NCBI GenBank assembly: GCA_015066015.1
Contig: SVPE01000005.1
Location: 68,533-132,532 of the forward strand
DNA: 64,000 bases
Direction of reading: 5' to 3'
Source of the DNA: Oscillospiraceae bacterium
GTDB lineage: Bacteria > Bacillota > Clostridia > Oscillospirales > Acutalibacteraceae
Shown here: one piece after another, positions 23,701 to 35,700 of the stretch
Position numbering within the stretch: the stretch's first letter is position 1
Layout of the letters: every line of letters starts with the position of its first letter
The notes under the pieces: model-generated
What the model was told of the DNA's origin: nothing
Seen by the model: the letters and a program-made list of their open reading frames with translations, nothing else
Database searches by the model: none
Program-made: the position numbers and the translations under genes

Positions 23701-26700
23701 CGACTTCACTGAAACAACCAACTACAAGGCTCCCATCTATGTAGAGGTTGACGGTACAGGCGAATTCGAAGGTCAGATGGTTAAGGTTCCCGCAAGAACA
23801 GACAGCACAACTGTAACCTTCAGAGATGAAACATATTACATCGATGCAGGTACAGATGAAGGCGAAATCATCGAAGGCAAGTATGTTGTAACAACAGAAA
23901 CTGTTGACGGTGAACTCGTTCCTGACTTCGAAGAATACAATGCATACGCTCTCACAGACCTTCTCAAGATTTGTGGCGAAAACGGTGACAACCTCATTAA
24001 GATTCTCAATAAGCTTGTAGGTCCTCTCCTTCTTGCAGAAGATGCAACAGAAGAAGACAAGGCTGCATTCCAGCTTCTTCCTGAGACGTTCTTCGAGGAT
24101 TATGCAAAGCATGCAATCACAATCAATAAGCAGACAGCAAACGCTGACTTCTACTACTACTATGAAGATGCAGAAGGCAACAGAATCAAGATTAAGGATG
24201 ACCTTTATTCATCCGATATGGGCGAAATCAAAGAGGCACGTTATGTTGTTGACTGGTTCAAGGTTGACATTGCTGACTCTGCAGTATATCTTCTTGACAA
24301 CGTGCTTTCAGAGTCACTCCTTAATGAAATTGCAAGAATCGCTAAGATTGACATCAATAAGGAAGGCGATATCCTTGGCGGTATCCTCAAGAACCTCATT
24401 GAAGGCAACTTCAACGGTCTTGTAGTTGCAGACATCATTACAGCGCTCTTTGAAAATTACACAATCAAGTATAACGAGCTTTACGGCGAGTACATTACTC
24501 CTGACCACAGCCACCTTAACACTCTTGAGACTCAGGACGACAAGGATAAGGCTGCAAGAGTTCCCGGTCAGCTTGATACAATCATTGAAAATGCACTTCC
24601 CGCAATTGCTCCCATCCTCTCCGACCTCCTTGCTCCCAAGGAAGGCGCAGAGCCCACAATCCTTAACGACATCTTCGACAACTATGATACAATTGCAAAT
24701 GATGCAGCTGTTGCTGACCTCTATGAAGTTGTTGAATATCTTCTCGATGATCTCGTATTCTCCGACGAGCTTGTAAATACTCTTGCAGCTCTCATCATCA
24801 ACCTTATCGGTACAACCGATATCGTTGGTACAATCATCGAATACTTCGGTCTCACCGGAATCAAACTTGATCCTCAGAGCTACCTTGCAACCGTTAAGAA
24901 GGCTTATGAAAATAAGACTGAAATGGCAGATGCAGTAGCAGCTCTTGCAGGCATCATCGGTGAAGCAAAGACATGGGCAGATGTTGTCAAGAACGACACA
25001 ACTCCTCTCTATGCTTACGAATATGTTGACGGTGTAAACGAAGACGGCACAGCTAAGAAGTTCACCGTATACCTTGCTGATGAAAACGCAACAACCTACG
25101 AGCTTACAAAGACCGAAGGTGAAGGCGAAGAAGCTAAGGAAGTCAAGTACGAGTTTGCTCTTACTCAGGTTCTCGATGCAGATAAGAACCGTGTTGTTAA
25201 GGCTGAATACAATAAGGAAGAAAACGGCGAAAACGTTGCTGACGTAACATGGGGCGTAAATGCTGCTTCTGATAAGAAGACTGCATTCATCAAGGCTCTT
25301 GCAGTTATCGTTGAACCTCTCTTCCCCGTACTCCAGCTTGTACTTCAGGGTAAGACACTCACACTTATCGGTCACGATAAGGCAGCATACGAGCCTGTTA
25401 ATATGGTTGAATACAATGCTGACGGCGTTGCTACAACTATCATTGACGACTCCAGAACAGGTGAGGAAATCGGTAACGGTTACGTTGAGCTTATGGGCGT
25501 AAACGGCTATGAAGAACTCCTTGTTCCCATTCTCGATGCAATCGGCGGTCTTGAAGCATTCGGTGCATATTCCGCTGACAACACAGACGGCATTATGACT
25601 GTTGCAGAATTCTGCGCAATCAACAATGCATATGATATGCTCTCCTACATTGTTAACGTAGTATTCGGCTTCGTTAATAACCTTGTAGAAGCACCTGTAA
25701 CCTATCTTGCAACATACCTTCCCTCACTCCTCTACTTCATTGGCAGTGACGGAGTATATAATGCAGTTCATTCAGTTCTCCAGCTTGTAAATGCTCTTAT
25801 TGCAGTCGCTGAACCTCTCATCGGTGCAAACGGCATCAAGCTTTCAGACACAATAGGTCTTCCTCTTGACCTTCTTATGCTCAAGCTTGACGACTCAACT
25901 GTACCCGGCAAGGTTCAGAAGACTGTTGACGGTAAGTTCGTTTACATTGCTAAGGGCGACGAAAACAAGGAAGAAATCTATCTTGATAAGGCTGGTCTTA
26001 CAAAGAACGGCGAAACTGAAATCGAAGCAGTAATGGTTGACGGTATGGTTACCGTTGAAGGTCTCTGCTCACTTATCAATGGTCTCATCAAGAAGGATAA
26101 CCTCATTAATAAGGACATCATCCTTAAGCTTGCAGGCTACCTCGGTGACTATGCTGTAATCAATACAGTCAAGAGAAATGCAACATCCGCTCTCTACGAC
26201 ACAAAACTTGATGCATATGTAAATATGAACGGTGATATCGTAGCTAAGAAGGATGGCGACATCTGGGTAGATGCATACGGCAACGCTACAACTAAGCCTG
26301 CAACAGGCAGCCAGATGATAACAATCGTTGGCGATACCAAGTACACACTTACAGGTCTCCTTCAGTTTGCTCTTGCAGACGGTCTTGTTGGTGGTCTCGT
26401 TGATACTTCCGAGATGGAAGGCATCCTCAAGACAATCATCGACAACGTAATGGGCCCGGATGCTACTAAGAACGTAACTGAAATTCTCATCAAGCTTCTC
26501 AATAAGTATGTAATCACATATAAGGCTATCGAAGAGCCTGCAGAAGCTCTCGTTCCTGCAGCAACCGATTACGCTAAGTACGGTGTAGAAAAGACTGAAG
26601 TTCAGCTTGCTCTCGGTAACATCCAGAAGCTTCTTCCTGAGGTTCTCGATCTCCTCGGTGTAGGTTCACTCGACAAGCTCGTGGCTGATAACCTCTATAC

Positions 26701-29700
26701 CGATAAGGTTGTAAACGGCATTATCGCAATGCTCGTAGGTCTTCTCGGCGGTCTCGACGAAAAGACCTGGGGCACAATCACCGACATCCTTGGTTATGTT
26801 AAGGATATCGTTGGTCTGAACATTGACATCACTCCTGCAGCTTATGCAGCAGAAGGTAACAAGCTTGCTCCCTTCATCAACGCTGTTGATGTTAAGAGAG
26901 ACGTTGTTGACGAAGACGGCAACGTAACAGGCGAAGAAAGAATTCCTGTAGCTGACCTCACATGGGCTGACGTTGCTGAGTTCTACACCAAGTACGAATA
27001 CCGTTACATGGTAGAAGCAGCTAAGCCGGCAGAAGGTGTAGAGGGCGAAGAAGGCTACAAGGCTCCCGTTGAAGCTAAGTATGTAACCGTATGGTTCGCA
27101 GATGCTGACCTTAACGGTAAGGATCATACACCTACAACAGGCGACTATGCAGGCAAGACCTTCAAGCTTGAAAAGGTTGAAACTGTATACTACGGTTATG
27201 AGTACACAATTCCCGCAGTCGGCGAAGAGGGTGCTGAGGACTATGTAGCAGCTAAGACTGAAACACTCAAGTCAACTGACAGCGAGCTTACCGAATATAA
27301 GGTAGGCGAGGTAACCTACGCTCTTACAGCGAAGGGTGAAGTTGAACGTGTTCACAACACCAAGGTTGAATCCGACTTCGTATGGGGTGTAGCAGAAGGT
27401 GCAACACTCAATGAAAAGGCTGACAAGCTCGTTGCAGTTGTAATTGATCTTCTTAAGCCTCTTGACGGTGTGCTTGAGCTTCTCCTTGCAGGCGGCGTAT
27501 ATGAATTCGACGGCACAACATACGGCGATTCACTCGGCGCATTCGAAGAAATCAATATCATGGGCGGTAGTGGCTACAACTACGCTATTATCCCGCTTCT
27601 TGAGGCTCTCAGCGTTCCTGCTGACAAGATCCTCACTCAGGCAGACTACGAAGCAACAATCGCAACAAAGGGTACACTCGGTTACATTCTGGAGACAGTT
27701 CTTCACACTGTAAACGACAACCTCGATAAGCCTCTTGACTTCGTACTCGGTCTCTTCGCAAACCTTGCATACACAATCTCCAAGAACGGTGCAACAACCT
27801 TCGTATCCAACCTCATTGCTCCTCTCAGTGAAGTAATTGAAGCTATCGAAGGCGTACTTCCCGTAGCTATCAAGGTTAACCTTATGGCTCTTATGGATGG
27901 CGGCAGTGTTGCTGAAATCCTTCTCGGCAGTGACGTAGCACTCAAGGGCGCAGAAGTTGGTCTTACACTTGACCTCGACTGTGATACTCTTGAAGCTCTC
28001 CTTGCAAAGGTTCTCGCTAAGTTCGTAGCAGGCTTTGATATCACAATCAGCTTCAAGGATATCGCTGCTAAGTCAGCAAAGCTTGACGAAATGGGCGACA
28101 TCGAATACTTCAACTCCAAGGTAGATCCCAAGTGGGATATCTGCCTCGGCATACCCGGAAAGAATATCCAGGGCGACACAGCAGCAACAATCATCACTCT
28201 CCTCGCTATGGTTATTACTACCGATAATATTGACGCACTTCTCCAGATGCTCAATCTTGACATCAATACACTTGACAAACCCATCGCAGACCTTATCAAT
28301 AAGGCAATTGAAAGTCCTGACGTTCTCATCGGTGCAGTTATCAAGCTCCTTGCTAATAACTACGATGTAGTTGGTGTGATCGAAGCAATGGTATTCTACT
28401 TCCTCGGCGAAGCTGAATACGATTACTCAAACATCAAGGGTGGTCTCCTCAATGGTGGACACAGTGCAGTCAACAGCGCAATCAGCAAGTTCGATAAGAT
28501 GGTTAACAACCTCATTCCGAAGCTCCTCAAGCTCCTCGGCAATGATCTTGATAAGCCCGTTGAAATCATCGCTGACATCTATAACGGTCTTGGCGAAGAT
28601 GCAGCAGACGCTGACATCAAGGCAGTAGTTGACTATCTCCTCAACGACCTTGTATTCAACGACAAGATGATGAACCAGCTTCTCGGTCTTATCGTTGGTC
28701 TCCTCGGCGGTATTGATGAAAAGACATTCAAGACAATCGTTGATATCGTTAAGGAAGTTCTCGGCATTGACCTTTCACCCGCAGGCGTAGCAGCAATTTC
28801 TGAAGCTAACGGCGGTAAGGTTGCAGCATTCATCAATGCTCACGAAGCATCTGATAAGGATGCAGGCCTCACATGGGCTGACATTGCTAACGCTCACGCT
28901 TGGTACGAATATAAGTACTGTGTAGTTGAAGCTAAGGAAGCAGTCGGCACAGAAGGTGAAGAAGGTTACGTGCCCGCAGTTGAAGCTAAGTATGTAACAA
29001 CTCACTTTGCTGATGCTGACCTCGACGGTGAGGATCATACTCCCACAACCGGCGACTACGCAGGCAAGACATTCAAGCTTGAAAAGGTTACAAAGGACGA
29101 TAAGCACGTAACTAAGGTTATCCTCGAAGAAACCTGGAATATCTCCGATAAGGACGACTTCCTCGGTATCCTTTACGAAGTAACCGCAGTTGTTGAACCT
29201 CTCCTTGCATTCCTCTTCAAGGGTGAAAACATCAACATCCTCATTGATGACTTCGGTCTCAAGGGTAGCGATGGTTATACACACGCACTTATTCCTCTTG
29301 CAAAGGCACTGCACATTGAAATAGAAGAAGATGTAACTAAGTTTGATGATGCAAACGAAATGCTCAAGGAAGTTGTAAACGGTATCTTCGGTCTCGTTGA
29401 AGACATCGAAAAGGCTCCCATATCAACAATTCTTGAGGTACTCGGCAGCGCATCCTACTTCATCGCAAACGACGGTGTTGCACTCGTTATCAACAACCTT
29501 ATCGCTCCTGTAACAGGTCTTATCTCTATCTTCGAGAAGAAGACAACTGTTGAAGTAAACGGCGAAATAGTTGAAAAGAGCGAAGGCATCACAATGGCTG
29601 ACATCAATGCACTCCTTAAGAGCCTCATTAAGATGGATCTTAACGATATCACAGGTATCGCTGGTGCAGACGGCAGCAAGCTCGTTTCAATGATCAACGG

Positions 29701-32700
29701 ACTTCTTCCCAAGGTTTACCTTGTTGACGAAGCAACAGGCGAAAAGACAAGACTCGCAGAGCCTCTTCCCGCTAAGTTCTTCGAAATCATGAGCACATAT
29801 GCTATCAACTATGACAGCATGACAAATGCTCAGAAGAAGGACGCAGCAAATATCAGAACTCTTGAAGTAACCGAGTGGTCAGTTGATAAGGCAGACGTAC
29901 TTATGTATCTCCTTTCAACAGTTTGCTCTGACGACTTCCTTGCATTCATCGGCAACCTTGCTAAGGCAGAAGAAGGCACCGTTCTCGGTGATGTAATCTA
30001 CGGCCTTGCAGGTGACGAAGACCTTGTAATCAACATTATCTCAATGCTTCTCAATGAGTATAAGCTTGTATATAACAAGTACGCTCAGGTTGACATTACA
30101 AAGATCAATGTTGATCCTAAGGATCCTCTTACCGATACAAACCTTGCACAGGCAATCCAGGCAATCGACGGTCTTGTACCCGCAATCATCGGTCTCCTTG
30201 TTAAGGATGCTGATTCACTCAAGGGTCTTGTTGAAAACCTTGTTGCAGGCGCAGACCTCGGCAACCTTCTCATGAATCTCCTTGTTCCTCTCCTTGCAGG
30301 TCTCGACATCGACGAAATCCTCGGCTATGTCAAGGAATTCAGTAACCTCAATGTCAAGCTTGATCCTTCCGCATGGACTGCAGATGCTGACAGCGAAATC
30401 GCTAAGTTCATCCTTGCAGCTGATGAGGATAAGGACGGTAAGGTAACATGGGCAGATGTAGAAGCATTCTACACTCAGTATGAATTCACATACACAATTC
30501 CTGCAGTTGGTGCAGAAGGTGAAGAAGGCTATGTAGCAGCTAAGACTGAAACAGTCTTCAAGCCCGCCGGCACAACGAAGATTACAATCGGTGAAGGTAA
30601 GGACGCTAAGACCTATGACCTCACAAAAGTTAACGAATACGAATACACCTACACCGTAACAACAGGTGAGGGTGAAGAAGCTAAGACAGAAGAAAAGACC
30701 ATCATCCTTGATAAGGACGATTACACAACATATGATGTTGACGGTAACGAAGAAACTGCTGATGTTGAAGTAACACTCAGCAAGCCTGTCCAGAAGTCAA
30801 AGATGGTAAGCGAATATGATTGGAACATCGATAACTTCGACGGTCTCAAGAACTTCGCAGTTGACCTTCTCAAGCCTCTCGACGTAGTATTCGAGCTTCT
30901 CCTTGCAGGTGCAAACATCATCGTTGCTCCTGATACTAAGACAGATGTTGAACCCTATCCCGCAGAAATCACAGTACGTGGCGGTGACGGCTACAACTTC
31001 GCAATCATTCCTCTTCTTGAAGCTCTCGGCGCAACCGGTCTCAAGACTCAGGCTGAATACGAAGCTCAGGCTGCAACTGACGGTTCACACCTCAAGTATG
31101 TTCTTGACGTACTCTTCGCAGAAGTTGAAGAAATCCTTGCAACTCCTGTATCACAGCTTATGTCAAGACTTGCAAATCTCTTCTACTTCCTTGGTAACAA
31201 CTCCGCAAACGACCTCGTTGATAACCTTCTTGCTCCTGTCAATACTCTTATTGCAGAAGTAGATCCCATCTTCCCGCTTGCAATCAACATCGATGTAAGC
31301 AAGATCGGTACAGATGATATCATCGGCCTCTACCTTGGTAAGGCACACGACGGCGTTGAAGCTGGTATCCATGTAAATGTAGAATCCACTGCTATTGCAA
31401 CACTCCTCAATGACCTTCTTGCAGGCATCGAAATCAACGGCACAAAGCTTGGTCTCAGCCTTGACCTTAACTGGCTTGAAATCGCAGCTAAGATGGCTAA
31501 GACCGAAGACGCTACAAAGCAGTCAACAACCGGTGCTAAGATTGCTACAGTTGCTTCCAAGATGGATTATAAGTCATATGAAAACGTTGTAGGTAACACC
31601 GAATATGCAGACGGTAAATACTACAATATCCAGGGTGACGTAGTTGACACCTTCATAACTCTCCTTCAGGTTCTTCTTACAGACAACAATACTGAAGCTC
31701 TCAAGAACCTTATCGAAGGTCTCCTTAAGGATGCACCTCAGGAGGTTAAGGATATTCTTGATGATATCCTTTCAGATCCCGACGCAATCGAAAAGCTTGT
31801 TGGCGTTGTAGTTCTTCTCCTTACCGGTAGAGGTGAAATGGAAGACTATCCTCTTGCCTTCGCATACAAGTTCCTCGGTGAACTCAACTTCAACTACAAG
31901 AATGACGAAATCAACGCAGCAATCAGCAAGTTTGACAAGATGGTTGTTCGTGAGGCTGTTGGCATCCTTAAGATGTTCGGTACTCCCGCAGCTGATAAGA
32001 AGGAAGAAGATTACAACTTCCTTGAGAAGATGGTAGTCGGCGTTTCCGATAAAGAAAATGCAACTCTTGCCGATATCGTTGACTGGCTCCTCGGTGAATT
32101 CGCATTCACTTCAGAGAACTTCACAGGTCTTATGGAAATCCTCAACAATGTTCTTGCAGATGCTATCACAGCAGAGCTTGCAGACATTCTTGCAACAATT
32201 CTTCCCATCAGGCTTATGCCTTATGAATTTGCAGAGGCAACAGGCAACGCTAAGCTTCAGGCTTATGTTGGTAAGGCTGTAACAAAGGCAGTTGATGCAC
32301 TTGTATTTGCAGACGATGCAACTGATGAAGACAAGGCAAAGGCTATTGACGAAGCTAAGAAGGCAGTAACATGGGCAGACGTTCGTGCAGCCTATGCAAC
32401 ATCTGCTGAAAAGGACGGCAAGACTGTATGGACATACAACTACGGTGAAGGCGACAACGCATTCACATGGGGTGTAGAAGATAAGGATACATTCGTAGGT
32501 GCAATCCTTGACCTTCTCAAGCCTCTCAACCCGATCCTCGACTTCCTGTTCGCAGGTAAGGAACTCGCATTTGAAATCGAAGGCGTTAAGCTCTGGGGTG
32601 CAGACGGTTACGCAAACGCAATTGTTCCTCTTCTTAACGCTCTCGGTCTCAAGCAGCTCGGCGTTGAAATGCCCGCAACTGCAGCAGATTCAACAACAGC

Positions 32701-35700
32701 ACTCGGCTACATCGTTGATGCTCTTCTTGGCACAACAGAGGCAAAGGGTGCGGTAGATGCAATCTGTGAAGCTCCCATCACATCAATCCTTAAGATTGTC
32801 GGTAACCTCAGCTACTTCATTGCTAACGGTAACCTTGACGAGCTCATCCAGAACCTTCTTGCTCCTGTATTCGGTCTCCTTGACCTTGCAGAATCACTTG
32901 TATCAAGAGAAGATCTCGATACAATCATCGAAGGTCTTGCAAAGATTACCCTTCCCGGCGGTAAGGCACTCAACATCACTAACATCATCAACATTGCTGG
33001 TGCTGAAGGTGAAGGCCTTGTAGCTCTCATCAACGAGCTTATCGGTGGTATCAGAGTTTACGAGAAGGAAATCGTTGTAGAAGACGGTAAGAACGTAAGT
33101 AAGATCGTTGTATATGATAAGGCTTATGTTGAAGATCATCCCGAATTCGACTGGTGGGCAGTTGATAAGACAGACGCAGACGGCAATGTAGTTTACGAAA
33201 CGGACGAAGAAGGTAACGAAGTTCTTGATAAGGACGGCAAGCCCGTCGCAGAACAGGTTTACTACAAGGTTCTTCAGATGATCAACCTTCTTCCCGATGA
33301 CTTCTTCAAGCAGTTTGCTAAGTATGTTGTTGAAGAAAGCGAACTTAACGGTGTTGCAGTAACAACAGTTGGTGCAGACGTTGACAGCTGGACAATCAAC
33401 GTAGGCGACGCACTCATGTACGTTCTCTCAACAGTTCTTGACTACGACTTCTTCGAGACAATTCTCAAGAAGGTAGGTCTTGACCTCAGCCAGGGTATCG
33501 GTGCAACTGTTCTCACAATGGCTGATAAGGAAAATGAGCTTATCGACGTACTTGTAATGCTTCTTAACGATTATAAGGTTGTATACTCAAAGGTTGAGCA
33601 GGCAACACTTCCTGCTGATGTAACTACACCTTACACTAACTTCGGTCAGGATAAGGACGGTAACGATCTCCTTGACAACGAAAATACAACCAATGCAGTT
33701 GCAGCTCTTGATCCCATTATCAATACTGTAGTTGCAATGCTCGCAGACGGTAAGACTCTCAGTGATCTTGTAAACGGTCTCATCGCAGATGCTGACCTTG
33801 CAAACATCATCATGAATGCTCTTGTTCCCGTACTTGCAGGACTTGATAAGAACGAGAATCTTGACCTTGATGCAATTCTCTCATATGTATATGAGCTTAC
33901 AAACATCAAGCTTGAAACCCTTGCTCCGACTCTTTGGGACGATGATTTCGGTTCAGCTCTTGTAACCTTCATCGATGGCTCAGAGACTTGGGCAGAGGTT
34001 GAAGCTAAGTATACTCAGTATGAATATTCATACACAGCCGACGGCGCAGAAGAAGCTACTGTAGTTTATAAGCCTGAAGCAGGCCGACATGACTACACAG
34101 TAACTGTAGGCGAAGGCGAAAATGCAAAGACTTACGATCTCAGACCTGTACTTGACGGTACAACCCAGAAGTCCAAGATGCTCAGCGAATTCAACTGGGG
34201 CATCGAAGATCTCAATGATCTTGTTCCTCTCGTATGTGACCTTCTTGCACCTCTTGATATCGTATTCCAGATTCTCCTTAGTGCTAAGCCTATCATCGCT
34301 CTTGAAGACGATGTAACAAGCGATCGCAACGACATCAGAATCATGGGTGGTTACGGTTACAACTACGCTATTATTCCTCTCCTTGAGGCATTCGGCGCAG
34401 ACGGTCTCCTCACTCAGGAAGAATACGAAGAAAAGGCTGCAGCTGACGGTTCACACCTCAAGTACATCCTTGAAACACTCATCGGTGAGGTTGAAGAAAT
34501 CCTCGAAACACCTCTCAACGAGCTTCTTTCAAGACTTGCAAACCTCTTCTACTTCATCGGCAGCGACGGTATCAACGCAATCGCTGATAACCTCCTCGCT
34601 CCTCTCAATACCCTTATCGAAGAAGTTGACGATCTCTTCCCGCTTGCAATCAGAATTGATGTTGCAGCAGATGAAATCCTCGGTCTCTACCTCGGTAAGG
34701 AACACGAAGGCATTCCCGCAGGTATCACTGTAAACGTTTCCGGTGCAGACCTTGCAGCTCTTATCAATGATCTTATCGGTGACCTCACGATCGGTGAAAT
34801 CCATCTCAACCTCCACCTTGACCTTGACTGGACAGAAATCGCAGCTAAGATGGCTAAGAAGGATACAGATGGTAAGATTCTCACCACCGGTACGAAGCAG
34901 GTATACAACCTCGGCACAGTTAAGAATCCTGCTGTTGCTGATCTTGTAAATCTCACAGGTGATGCAGCAAATGCAATCGTAACGCTCCTTGACACAGTTC
35001 TTACAGAAGAAAACTGCAAGAACATCTATACCCTTGTAACAGGTCTCCTTGGCGATATGGATCCCACACTCAAGAGTGTAATCGAAGAGCTCATCGGTAG
35101 CCCCGACTCAATCAAGGGCATCGTTGCAGCAGTAGTTCTCATCCTCACAGGTGAATACGAAGTTGCAGAGCTTGATTACATCTTCAAGTATCTCGGTGTA
35201 CTTACATTCGCTAAGTCCGCAGATGCTAAGACAGCAGTTGAAAGCCTTGACAGAGTTCTTATTAAGGCAGTTCCCGTAATCATCGAGCTCCTTGCAAAGG
35301 ATGTAACAGATACAGAGAACTTCCTCTACAAGCTTTACCATGGCACAAACAAGAATGCTACTCTTGACAACATTGTCAACTATCTCCTTAACGACTTCCT
35401 GTTCACAGATTCAATGATGAACACCATCACAGGTGCTCTCCTTGGTATCCTTAAGAACCTCGGTACAGATATCACGGATATCCTTAAGGACTTCCTCGGC
35501 ATCGATCTTGCTCCTGTAGCATTTGCCGCAGCTTCCGGTAACGCACAGCTTATCGCATATGTTGGCAATGCAGCAACCTGGGCAGACGTAGTAGCAGCTC
35601 ACACCGATGCAGACGGTAACCTTGCAGCAGTATTCACAGACGTTGCAGGTAAGGAAGCATGGGTAGGCGCAATCCTTGATATGCTCAAGCCTCTTGAAAA

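Noticed and set aside
24314-25375. A 353-aa antisense ORF inside the giant gene, plus many other 60-210-aa ORFs on the minus strand or in off-frames (e.g. 2691..3275, 14834..15379, 23588..24112, 27703..28344, 28775..29314).
   Set aside because: All lie entirely inside the two giant + strand ORFs. Their translations are low-complexity and Cys/Ser/Ile-rich with no motifs, and they have no RBS. The strong codon bias of the sense frame (few TTA/CTA/TCA codons) removes stops from the antisense frames, so these are statistical shadows.
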